From positions 310,001 to 374,000 of the forward strand of contig QPGO01000070.1 of NCBI GenBank assembly GCA_008632985.1: a DNA stretch of 64,000 nt, given 5' to 3'. The stretch is from Psammoneis japonica (lineage: Eukaryota). The position numbers and the translations under genes were made by a program. Of this stretch, positions 12,264 to 23,720 are shown piece after piece; positions within the stretch are counted from its first letter, which is position 1, and each line of letters opens with the position of its first letter. The notes below the pieces were generated by a model that saw only the letters and a program-made list of their open reading frames with translations, made no database searches and was not told the origin of the DNA.

Positions 12264-13526
12264 TTACGAAGATGCCTCGTGCGAGCGACGACGCTTGCGA
12301 TCATGAGACTCCTCCGACGTTTCAGAGGAGTCGGACGACGAAAGGGACCTGATCAATCGATTCTTTTGAGAGGGGGCGCGGTTAGAGCGACAATCCTTGA
12401 TCATTGTCATGAGGACTTCCCGGTTGTCCTTGGCGTTGACGTTCTTCTGCATGGTGTTCAGACGCTTCTTTGCGTTTTGCAAATGAGTCTTGAAGAAGCA
12501 ACTGCGTGTTAAAGAAAGTTACAATAGCGTAGTGTGAGGTGAGATCTTGGCTTTATGCTTGCGATTAAGATTTCACGAGGCGCTTATGAAGCGTAATACA
12601 TACCGAATCCTATCGCGTAAACGTTTGTCGTTGAAATGAACAGAGTCAAATTCATTGCCATGTGCGGCGGCTACCGAACGTACTTTGTCCACAAGCGCAT
12701 TGTTAAAAGCTTGCTGGAACTTGGACTGTCGTTGCTGGGTGGACCACTCGTAATATTCACCCATGTGCTCATAGAGGACATCTTCCATCTCTGGGTAATC
12801 CTTCCAATAAAAGCCTTCCCCGATAACTTTCGGAGGTGCCTCGGCCTCGGTACGATCCGCGTTTGACTCTTTAGTACCTTTGTTGGTCCTCTGTAGTGCC
12901 ATCTTTAGAATCATCTGCTTGTACAAGGTTTTCTCGGTTAGCAGCGATTCTACGGTTTCTGGCTGGGTCTGTGAAATAAGAGCATCACTCCAACGCGATG
13001 ATTCTGAAGACTCGCTCAACCGTTTCCTCTTTTGCGATTCGTCCTGCTTGGCGAGAACCTCAGCTGTGAATAAACGAGAGACAAACAAGTCATGAGTTAT
13101 GGAGTTTACACGTCTCTCAAAGTGTTTCAAACAAAGAACGCATAAGTTGTGGTTCTAATAAGGGTCAACATGAAGCGCCTGTCGAATACATTCATATGCT
13201 TTGTGTGAGCAACTCTCATGATGCAATCAAGAAGACCTACCTGCACCAATGATTCGATCAAAACACAAAGAAATGGGACTCTTGGTAGCCTTTGTTGAAG
13301 TAGGTCGGTGCTGAAGTTGGCTAGTTGAAACATTCCCAAGAGCGCTTCGTGACCTACGGGGAGACGCCATTGTGGATTTGAAACCCGTTTTTGAGGCGAG
13401 CTTATCGTCTTGAGAGTGTAAAGACGGCCGACGATTCTCTTCGTCCGGCACCGTTAAGTGTGGTATCGGCTCTTCGGTCCTCTCCCCATGTCTAGGCGGT
13501 CCGCCCCATTGCGGAACAAACGCCAT
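12264..13526 (-). CDS. Multi-exon hypothetical protein with a conserved-looking helical domain
   Basis: GT donors at 13240 and 12603, acceptor at 12502. Domain FYWKDYPEMEDVLYEHMGEYY...AFNNALV...LRDRIR|CFFKTHLQNAKKRL. Confidence 0.7.
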
Positions 13527-16500
13527 TGTCTCTATCGATCGATGTGTTGGTGTTGGTTGAACAGGTCGTCTCTTTGAAAAATTGTGTGAAATTCTTTGTC
13601 TTGGCAGCAGAAATTCAAACGGCAACGCAGGAATCAGTACTCGGACCTCCGTATTTGAATATAACCGTTGGGCGCGGTTGGTGCCAATCTTCATTCAAAT
13701 TTAAATAGCGTTGTATATAAAAATTTCGAACTTTGGTAAAGAATGTGTTGATACTGGCCAGCGTAGATTTCTACGCAAACAAAAAATATAGCTCGAGAGG
13801 CACGTACACTGCGTACCAAAGGCTACGACAACGGCTCGTTCGTTGATGATGATCGACATTTCTGAGGAGTCCGTCAGTCGCATGTGCACCTGCCGTGGTG
13901 AATGATGCAATGATGTGTTGAACAAGAGCAACAATTCAATTCAGTCCTAAAAATCACACTGCACTTCCTGCAGCTGCCAACAATGAGCTCAGTCATGCCT
14001 GGGTGTCCTTTCAATCCACAACTGTGGTGAAAACAGGGGGAGAGTCAAAGAGCGCCGCACAGGCAGAGTGGCGGCCGAAATGCATGCTTGGAGCTGCAGG
14101 GCAGCAGAGATTGGTGCTGCACAACTGACTCCTTCACCATGGTCTTGATGGGTCTTGATGTAAGACTGCAGTCAGCATTGGGAGCAGAAGTGGGCTGTTT
14201 TTGCCACCATTGCTGCCTTTTCGGGGGGCAGCGTGTCATCTGTGACAGCAGCAGCAGCGCGGCAGCACTGCGGGGCATGTGCCGTGTTGAATGATGCAAG
14301 AGAGGACAAAAGGCAGTGCCTGGCAACAGCATCACTTTTTTGAATGTGGCTGCCACTGCAACACCTTCTGCCTGCTGCTTTTTGAGAGAGAGGTGCCATG
14401 CAGGGTCCTTGTTCTTCTTTTTTCTTCTTGGGGGGGGCTTGGTTCCAGCGACAGGTTGCAGGTCACAGAGAAGCAAAAAATCTTCCATTTTCAGCAGCCC
14501 AACATGCCTTGACAATGATGTTGCTTGTGAGATCTGTCCTTGAATTTGCAGCCCAGTTGGCAGTGTGTCCCTTTCCAACCCTTTTGTTGCATCTTCACCA
14601 CTGCCGCTCTCCAGCTCAGGAAGCACTTTTGCCTCAAGGAGATTCTCCCTGTCTCCAATGGACACACCTCAATCAAGCTGGAGTGGCCAATTGGCCATCC
14701 ATTTGTCTGAGTGCCCCAAAAGGCCAAGCCAGTTTCCACCAGTGAGCAACCAACTTTTTGAGCTCTGCATGCTTGAGGGCATCTGGAAGAAACAAAGTTG
14801 TTCCGCCTGCCCAAGTGTTGCTCCAGAACTCTGACCACAGCCATGGCCAGATGTGCAGTGAGCCATTCAAGTTTCTCAACCTTTGTGCCATCTTGGCAGA
14901 GTGGCATTTGATTGCTGTGCAGGAGCTCATTTTGGTCATCAAGCATGAGTGAGTGGGTGTGCATTGACTTTTGAGCTGCACAAAACCACGAAGCAGTGCT
15001 GTGCATCAATGTGTCATGAGAGGCATGTGCTCACTTGTTGTCAAAAAGCTTGAGTGCACTGAGGGGGGCAATGTGAAATAAAGACTTCTTGGCCCCTGCT
15101 GAAGTCATGGCAGTCAGTGTCTCCAGGAGATGCCAATGAGCACCAAGGTGCAGGCTGGCAGCAGATGTGAGCACCACCAGATGGCAGCTTTCTTCTTTGG
15201 CAGAGCAAGGTGCGAAAGTGTCAACTCCAAAGACCCACCTGCTGGAAGTCTGGTCAGCTTGGATGCTGGATGCAGCACCCAAGGCATTTGAACATCCACA
15301 GGCCTTCCAACTCAACAATCTGCAACATTGGTTGCTCCCTGTGTTTGGGCAGGTGGGCAAATGACAGAGTCAGCTGAAACAACAGGCTGGAACAAGATGC
15401 CAGGTGCAGCCTCCTGTTTGGTCATTTCCCAGCCAGATTGTTTGCTGCCTGATGGGCTCCTCTTGGCAAAGTCTTTCACCATGGCAACAATGCCAAAATT
15501 GCCAGCAACTTAAATGTGGAGTGATTTGTGAATCTTGCAAGTGAGAGCTGTCACTCTGCTTGTCGCGGAGGCCATTTCAGCATCACTTTTGCCTGTGGCA
15601 TGGGTGCACAGGTCTCAAAAAAAACATTTGAGCTGGAGTGCACACAAAGCTCTGTTGTGCCTGAGTGTCCTTTTGACCCAAAACCATGGACTGACCATGG
15701 ACAACACCAGGTTCACAGTGTTGTGTGCTTTTCAAGCCACAAATGCAACTTCAGAGTTGTGTGGTGATGCACACCAGCACTGCACAGCCATGTCTTGCAC
15801 AGCTGCCAAGGCCTCCTCTTGCCTGACTCAGCCAGCATTGGTGGCAAGGCAAGTGGCTTTGTTTGCCACCTCAGGGCCAGCTGTGCATTGCTCAGCACAC
15901 TGTTGGTGTCATTCAAAGTCAGTTGAGATCAGGACAAAGTTTGCAATGGCACCAGTGCAAAAGTCTCCGGCAGCTTGCAAACTCAGCCTCCTTTTGATGA
16001 GATCATCCAAACTGTGCCATTGGCAAGGGATGGTTTGGAGTTTCAGGCTCTGACACGTGCATTCAGTGTGGCCACACATCCTGTGCTGTGCTCCAAAGGT
16101 GTTCTGCAAATCCCAAAAGCCTTCAGATTTCTCAATCTAGAAAGTTGCAGGCAACCTTGCTGGGAGCAGCCACCCACTGGGATGTTGTGAGCTTGGGCTG
16201 TGAACCAAGGTGCTGCAATGTGTCATTCGTTGGGCTCTCCAAACACCACCAAAAATTGTGCCCACCTGATTTTTTATTTTGCATTGCAACTGCACCACTG
16301 GCACTGGCTTCAAAGCAGCTCTTGGACTTGCCTTCTTTTTCTCCAGCAAAGCCAGAGTTTTGTTTGTGACTGTCCAATGTGTGCTTTTTGCACACTTGAT
16401 TGTGGTCCACGACTCACTGCATCATGACTTTTTCTCACAGGGAGGGGTCTTGAATTTGTCCAGATCTTTTAATTGCCAATGATGTCAGCTGCATGCACAG

Positions 16501-19039
16501 CTGTCAGCCATTGAAAATTTTTTTTGATCCACTTCTGGACTTTTTGCCAGACCAAGTGCGCTGCAATTTTGCACCACCTGGAAGTCCACCAGACACCATC
16601 CCACATCCAAGACTTGTGCCAAGTCCTGTCAGCCCTGCAGCCCACAGGACCTCTCCCAGCTGTTGCCATGCATGCAAACATCTTAACAACCACAAGCATG
16701 CACTTGTTGAAACTTGCCACTGCTGGTTTCTGGAATGTCCCAACAAGATTTCAGACAACTTCTCAATCATGTTTTTCTTTGTGGCACTGGAAATTTTGTG
16801 GTTGAGCACCATGCCATGCAGCTCAACAATGTTGCTGCAACTCTCAGCAGTGCAGCAATGGGTGCAAGCACTGTCTGCTGCATGTGTGGAGCCATGTGGC
16901 CCTCCAGAGGAGTGTCAAGCCATCTCCCCACAAAAGATGGTTGTGTTGATGGGTTGATCTCATGGAAACTCAGTTCCAAGAAGTTCTGTGTGGATTCTGT
17001 GCAAACACAGTTAAATCTGCTTTTGCTCTCAACTCTCCCATGACCAAGACCCATCATTTTGAAATCCAACAGCTGTGTGGTGTGTTGATGAGCAGCAAAC
17101 AAGCACACAGCCCTTCATTTTGGGAGTGTTCCCCAGTCTCTTCTGATTGTGACAGGAGCTGGCAGCACCAAGTGCAGCAAAAGGTTTAAACTGTGTTGCT
17201 CCATTGGTTTGGGACAGCCCTGCCTGTTGTTGGCAGCACTTGCAGTTGCAAAAAAAAAACTGGACACCAGGTGTGTGCAAAAAAAAAAGAAGCCACAATT
17301 TTTCAACAGTTTGTCCCAACTCTTTCTTTGTGTTGAGCAACTGTGTCCTGCTGAAGCTTGTGGACAAATTTGACAACCATGTGACACAAACAAAACACGC
17401 AATGAGCAAGCCTTTCAGAGCAGGAGGCACTGACTGCTGTGCAACATTCTGCAGGAGAAAGTTGAGAGAAAGATCCAGAAAAGAGAATGCAAGCATGCAG
17501 CAGTGGATGTGTGTGTGGCAGCACTGTTGCTCCTGTGGGTGGTGTTTGCACATGGAGGACAGTGTGGCATCACTGCTGACCACACCGCCCTTTGCAAAAA
17601 GAGTTGCTGCACTGCTGGCCAGAAAAATGCAAGGGCACACCAATCTGAGCCATGCTGCTGCTGCCAGAGTTGCTGGTGCCTTCACCACCCCAGGTGCTGC
17701 CCTCAAACATGTTAAGAAACATGCCGCCCCTAAAACACAGCACAAGCTGGGGTTGTCACAATGTGAAATCCACAACAGGAGCACTGCTGATGCCAACAAC
17801 CTCTCCCTCACAGAGCTGCAAAAGAAAGGCACAGATGGGCCTTCAGACCTGAGAGGACCACACCAGAGCCAGAAAAGAAGTTGTCACAAGGTCACCTCTG
17901 CCTGTGTGCTGCACATTGTTGTCAGCTGTTGATGGACCTGGGGTGTTGCTGCAGAGCTTCCAAACAATGGCACAGCACCTTGATGCACTGTGCTCAAACC
18001 CCCCAGCTGGTTGGAGCCACCACAAACAAAAGAACCATCACCAAAGGCTGGAAAAATGGCACAAAGGGCTCAACACACTCCACTCGCAAGGGTGCTGTGT
18101 GAGTGCATGTGTGCCAAAGATTTGGCACCCAATCTTCTTTTGCCAGTCATGCCAGCCACCATCATCATCATGATCAAGTTGTGCCATTTTTGTGCACCAC
18201 CGTGACTTTGCAAAAATTTGTGAGCAACTTTGCAAACATTTGGACTTTTGTGTTTGGGCATGGATGCTTCATGTGAGGAACAAATTTTGAGGAGAGCACA
18301 TGCAAAATTTTGAAAATCTGGGCTTGGGCACATGTGCTGCAGTGCACACGCAGCTTCCTCTCAGTTGTCAACAAACATGTGTGCTTCACAAGCAAGAGTA
18401 AAAAAGCACAGCCCAGTGGGCCAGTCTGCAGCACAGCTTGCTTTTGGCTTGTCATCTTGTGCCAGATTGTGGCAACCAACTCTCTCCCCCCCGATGCACT
18501 TTTTTCCTGTTCACTGAGAGCACGCATGTTCTTGAACTCTGTTTGAAATTGAATCAGCAAACTGAGAAATGAGAATTGCAGCCACACTGTCAAACTCAGC
18601 AAGTCTAAAATCTGGACCCCCCTCATGCCCAACGTTTCAACACATGTCCATTTTGGTCAACAGGGAGATCTGCCCATTGGGCCAAGCAGTGTCAGAGTCC
18701 TCAATGGCTGCACAGTGTGGCTGAGCAAAGCTGCAGCTTTGTGGCCAGTGCATGGACAATGTCTCACTCCCATCCATGTCTTTGCAGAGAAGAACCTGCT
18801 CCTGGAATGATCACAGTGGCTCAGCACAGAAGGTCTCATGTGACTGTGTGACTCCTGTGGTCCAGGCATCTGACTTTGCAACCAATGCCCTGGGATGGGA
18901 GCTCTGTTGATGGCTGCAGCACATGATGAACAACCTCCACACTGCTGATTCTCAAGGAATGTGTGTCAAGAATGAATCTTTCCTGCACATGATTTGCAAC
19001 ATCTTTTGACTGAATTTGGCCAGCTGTGAACTGCACCTC

Positions 19040-21990
19040 AGGTCAAATCCAGGTGTGATGGCTCAGAAACATGCTTTTTTTAGCAAGTTTCACCTGGGGG
19101 GAAAACAGAAGTGCCATGCTCTCATGCAACTGTGACAGAGAGAAAAGAAAGAATGTGAGTGTGAGCCTGAGCATTTCTGACAAAGCATGGCACAGCAACA
19201 GTTCTTGAAAATGCAGTGGGCTGGCCAGCATCTTTCTTTGTGATGTGACAGGCTTTTGCATCATGAGTGACACAGTGAGAAAAGACAGTTGACACCACAC
19301 CTCCACTCACCCAGAGCATCAGAAGATGCCATGGTGCTCATGCTTTTTGTGCAAAGAAAAATGTTGTCAGTGGAAAATCACAAGCTGTTGTCCAAAGTTC
19401 GAGCTGGGCTGTTGGGGTGGCTTGGGCTTCCCAAGGTGTGACTGGGATTGACCAGGGTTTGTCATGCACAGCACAGGAAGGCTTGACAGCCTTTGCCAAT
19501 GGGTTGCTTGGGTCATCACACACTTTTCATCAAGTCATGAGATGACTGGATCATCCCTCTTGCATTGAGGGGCCTGGTTGATGGACAATTTACATCCACA
19601 ACCATCACAGCACTCAGGCAGCAGGTCAGGTGGAGAGTGTTCTTGCCATGCCACAGACAGATTGCATCCCAGAACTCTTGGCAAAAGAGAATTTGGTGCC
19701 ATTGAGTGCCAACAGGTGCATTGTCAGCCACGCTCCAGTTTTGGTGCTGTGGTTGACAGCTCTGGCTTTGATTTTGCTTTCCTCTCAGCTGCTTCTCACT
19801 TCACTTTGTGCGTGGTGTCTTTGTGGACCAACAAAGTGAGTGCACCATCAGCTTGGCTGCTGTTGACTGAGCTGATCATGTGGGAACATGCAGAGCACTT
19901 GCTTTGAAGACTCCATTGGACAAGGGATGGACCTGCAAATTTGATTGGGAGGGCAGACAGGGCCAATCTTGGGTTGTTTTCAGCCAAGGTCTCACCAGTT
20001 GGCACTGGAAGAAATTGTTGTGTGATTGCACCATTGGCGCCACTGCAGGGACTTCTGAAGACCAGCGCTGGTGGTTTGTAGATGATGTGAGTTTCAATTT
20101 TGGCAAGGCCTTGGATGACTGAGGTTTGTGACTTAGAATCGGATGGCTGAGGTTCATGACTTAGAATTGGATGACTGAGGTTCATGACTTGGCTTTCTTT
20201 GCTGGTGCTGTCAGTCTTGTGCTTGTTTGGTCTCACCAACGAAGTCTCTGAGGTGGCAGCTGCTTGAAGTGACAGCAAAGCCAAGGTCTCCAAAGCAGGC
20301 CCTGGCATTCTCCAGATTGGAGCTTGTTTTCTGGCACTGCCAGGATGTTCTTGGAGTTGTCAGCAGGGCAGCATCCATGCTTGGGTCCTTTGGCTCAGAG
20401 AGTCAAGAAAAAATCCTGAATTTTCCTGCCACTGCAGAGTCATTGGCATGCCATGGGGTGAGTGTGTTTGGGAAAGAATGCTTGCTGAAATCATGAGCTG
20501 GTGGTGGAAGAAGTCCCAGCCTGCAAGCTGTCATGCCAGGTGCGCCACCCTGTGTGATGCCTTCTTTGCTGAAAAGATGAAAAGGAAGGTGGCTCCAAAG
20601 TGACCATGGATGATCAGGATGCTCCAGCATTTGCAGCTGTTGAAGGCAAACCTTGTGCCAGATTGCCAAAAGTGCCCAACATTGTGTGACATTGGGGTCC
20701 TGTTCTCTTCATTGAATCCACAGGAGGTGTCAACAATTTGATTGTTCCAAATGAGCATTTTTGCATGATGTGTCTTGAAATTTTCATGCTCTTTGTCTGA
20801 TCACCCAAGGCATCACGTGTCGCCAAATCCAAAAACAACAGAGCTCTGCATCAGTGCAAAGTGCACTGGAATGGCACCACAGCACTGCTGGCTTGCTTTG
20901 CACACTGATGTTGCTGCAACACATGCACCAATGACAAAGCAAATCCCCAACAGCCAATGCTCGATTTGGCTGCCAAGCCTTTTCCCACCAAACATGCTGG
21001 TGTGCATCACATTGCACATTTTTCAGACAAACAATGCGCCCATGAAAAGAGAGGTGAGTGAAAGCCCTAAAAGGCATTGGGCAAAGCCCCCATGTTTGTA
21101 ACTTCAATGTGATTCAGTCACTCAAGCCATTGACAGTGCAGCTCAGAACATCTCAATTCTCTCTGATGCAGAGGATGGCTGATGCTGCTGTCAACATGTG
21201 CCTGAGAGGGGACAGACAGAGAAAAGGACAAAGCAAGTGCTGCTCCTGTGGACTCAGAGTGGCAGCTCATGGCCTGTTCTGTGAAAATGTGGCTTCTTTT
21301 GCTTCCAAACTTCTTCATGACACACTGCAATCTGCTCAGGAGTTCATTGCAAAAACCTCCACACATCCTCCTTTGGATGGAAAGGACTTGTTTGTGACTT
21401 CCATTTTCACCTGGCATCAAACAGCTTTCACCCAAACTAGCTCCAGTGCTTCTCACACACAGACCTGGGGTTCAGAGCAGTTGATGAGCTTGTGCAAGTC
21501 TGGAGAGTTAGTTTGTGGAGACTTCATGTGGCCCCAGCACTGGACATCCACAACCTCAGATCTCAAAGTTGTTGATGATGCTGCAAACTTGAATTTGTTT
21601 CAAGTGCTTCCATGGATGTGTTCTGTTCAATGACACTTCCATCCACAACAATCATGTGCAGATTGCTCATTTGAACTTGATTGTTGGCCACAACACCAGC
21701 AATGGCAAGGCATGCATCAATGGTGTCCACCAACTCAAAATGAGGGGCAGGCCACGCCACATTTAAAAACAGTTCTCCAGGCCAGGAATGCTGTCAAGAC
21801 ATTCTGTTTAAAAATTTTGATGTGCTTTTCAGGCAAGCATTGATCATTGGTGGCATGAAGCTTGATCTTGAGAGGAACATTGGAGCCAAAACATTGCCAA
21901 AGCCAAACAGCAAGTTGCAACTCCCAATGTCTCCCATCAAGAGACACATGATCATCAAGCAACAAAGAGTGGAAGATTTGGGCAACACTC
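19040..21990 (-). mobile_element. Decayed non-LTR retrotransposon (CRE-like, RT plus CCHC zinc knuckle plus restriction-like endonuclease region)
   Basis: Motifs in order across frameshifts: VDTSCGFNEENRT..HFWQSGTRFAFN, SKEGITQG..MTACRLGLLP, PWHANDS (=WYADD), ARACFGDLGFAVTSSSCHLRDFVGE, QFLP..LALSALPIKFAG, QEFWDAICLWHG, CDGCGCKLSINQAPQCK, AKAVKPSCAVHDKP, CVTHDAKAC. The 5' boundary is uncertain. Confidence 0.85.
20111..20190. repeat. 28-bp tandem repeat, about 2.9 copies, inside the LINE
   Basis: Units start at 20111, 20139 and 20167, consensus TTGGATGACTGAGGTTCATGACTTAGAA. Confidence 0.9.
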
Positions 21991-22685
21991 TTAGAGTCAA
22001 ATTGTGCCTCTGGTCTGAAGTCAAGATTTGGTGATCAATTTGTTTTCAAATCCATGGAGGTGCCACACAATCCAAAAACACACAACAAGCAGTCAGGAAG
22101 GAGAGAATGAAGAAGCCAACTGCAAAAGAATGATGCAGAAGCAGCAGCAACAACAGCAAGAAGTGTGACAAATCAAGTGCAACAAGTGCAAACAAAAGGA
22201 CAGAGCAGCTGACAATGACTGATGCAGCTGATGGGATGCTCAGCATGGATGACTGATGTGTGACGCATGGGTGGGAGAAGTTGTCAATTGAGGGGTGAGG
22301 GGTGTGAACAATGTCACCACCAAGCTCTTGACTTCTTAGAGTCAAATTGTGCCTCTGGTCTGATGTCAAGATTTGGTGATCAAATTGTTTTCAAATCCAT
22401 GGAGGTGCCACACAATCCACAAGCACAAAACAAGCAGTCAGGAAGGAGAGAATGAAGAAACCAACTGCAAAAGAATGATGCAGAAGCAGCAGCAGCAACA
22501 GCAAGAAGTGTGGCAAATCAAGTGCAACAAGTGCAAACACAAAAGGATGGAGCAGCTGATGATGGCTGATGCAGCTGATGGGATGCTCAGCATGGATGGC
22601 TGATGTGTGACACATGGGTGGGAGAAGTCATTCATCAATTGAGGGGTGAGGGGTGTGCACAATGTCACCACCAAGCTCTTGACTT
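21990..22685. repeat. Direct tandem duplication, about 345/351 bp
   Basis: Copies 21990-22334 and 22335-22685 both start CTTAGAGTCAAATTGTGCC and end CCAAGCTCTTGACTT, with a CAG-rich core. Confidence 0.95.
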
Positions 22686-22859
22686 GTGCAAAAGCTCAGA
22701 CAGAGAGAGCCCAGATCTTTTGAGCTCTTTGTGCTTCACGACAATGCTTGTGCCATCACTTTCACAGCTCTTTCTGCCACAGCTGATTTGTCAAGACAAC
22801 TTCTGAAGAAAGTGTTGAGATCTAGAAAGCCAAGAAGCTGCAAAAGTGCAAGAAGCAGC

Positions 22860-23720
22860 ACAAGGTTGACCCCATCATTGCCAAAAGCAGCTCAGAGACC
22901 ATTGTTTGTGGTTGATGGAATGGAGCCAAGGGCACTTGGGGCAGGCAGGAGCAAAGACATGCCAAAGGGCCTTTTGCCAAGGAAAAAGACAAAGATCTTT
23001 GGCCACCAGCATTGGCTTTGAGCTTGAGCCCACATGGAAGACAAACCAGCAGCACCCCTTGAAGCCAGCCAAGTGCAAACTGCTCTTCAAAAGAACTCTA
23101 GAATGTTTGGTTTGCACAGAAGCAGCACCAGGGGCCCTGTGGAAATGCCAAAAACATCTGGAATGTTGTGATTTTTGACACCCCCCTGGCACTGATTCTG
23201 CACTTGATTTGACGCAGTTTCTGCACATTCTGGACTTCATTGGCATTTCTGCTGGGACCCTGGCACTGCTTCTGTGCAAATTTGATTTTTTAGATTTTTT
23301 TGAATGGCAGCAAAGATGAAAGTCTTGGAAGCTGGGCAAAAAGCACAAAGGTTTGGCACGTGCCAACAAATGCTCATTGGGCAAGGGAGCCTGGTGCTGA
23401 GCCAGAGCAAGTTGACCAGATGCAGAGCAGTGCTGGGAGGAGCGCATGTCTCAACATTGCAAAAAGGGCAACTGCTCCACATGGGGGTGCCCTTGTCCAG
23501 ATGTGTGTGCAAAGTGTGGCACAACTGTCAGAAGTTGAGGGGTGGCAAGCACTCTGATCTTTCGGCGGTGCAGCTGCAAAAGCTTGATGAAGTTGGCATT
23601 TTGAACTCAAACTGTGAGGATGCTGCAAGTGTGCCTCATGAGAGGAATGAATTCAACAACTGCTTGAATGGCACAAAGAGCTCTCTGGCATGTCAATGTC
23701 ACCACCAATCACCCCACTCT
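22860..23720 (+). pseudogene. Degenerate helicase-associated (HA) domain repeat gene
   Basis: Fragments in shifting frames: CQKQLRDHCL, RALG, SIGFELEPTW, SLGSWAK..QR, CQKLRGGKHSDLSAVQLQKLDEVG. These resemble the HA pattern (Y..HG.C.VP, LG.W...QR, L..IGF.W) with Tyr replaced by Cys. Confidence 0.45.

Noticed and set aside
20111..20190. CRISPR-like 28-bp repeats
   Set aside because: The units are directly adjacent with no spacers, no cas genes are present, and the context is eukaryotic.
22686..23021. LKKVLRS...PLFVVDGM resembling a LINE endonuclease C-terminus
   Set aside because: The match is short, and overlapping frames fit HA-domain repeats better.
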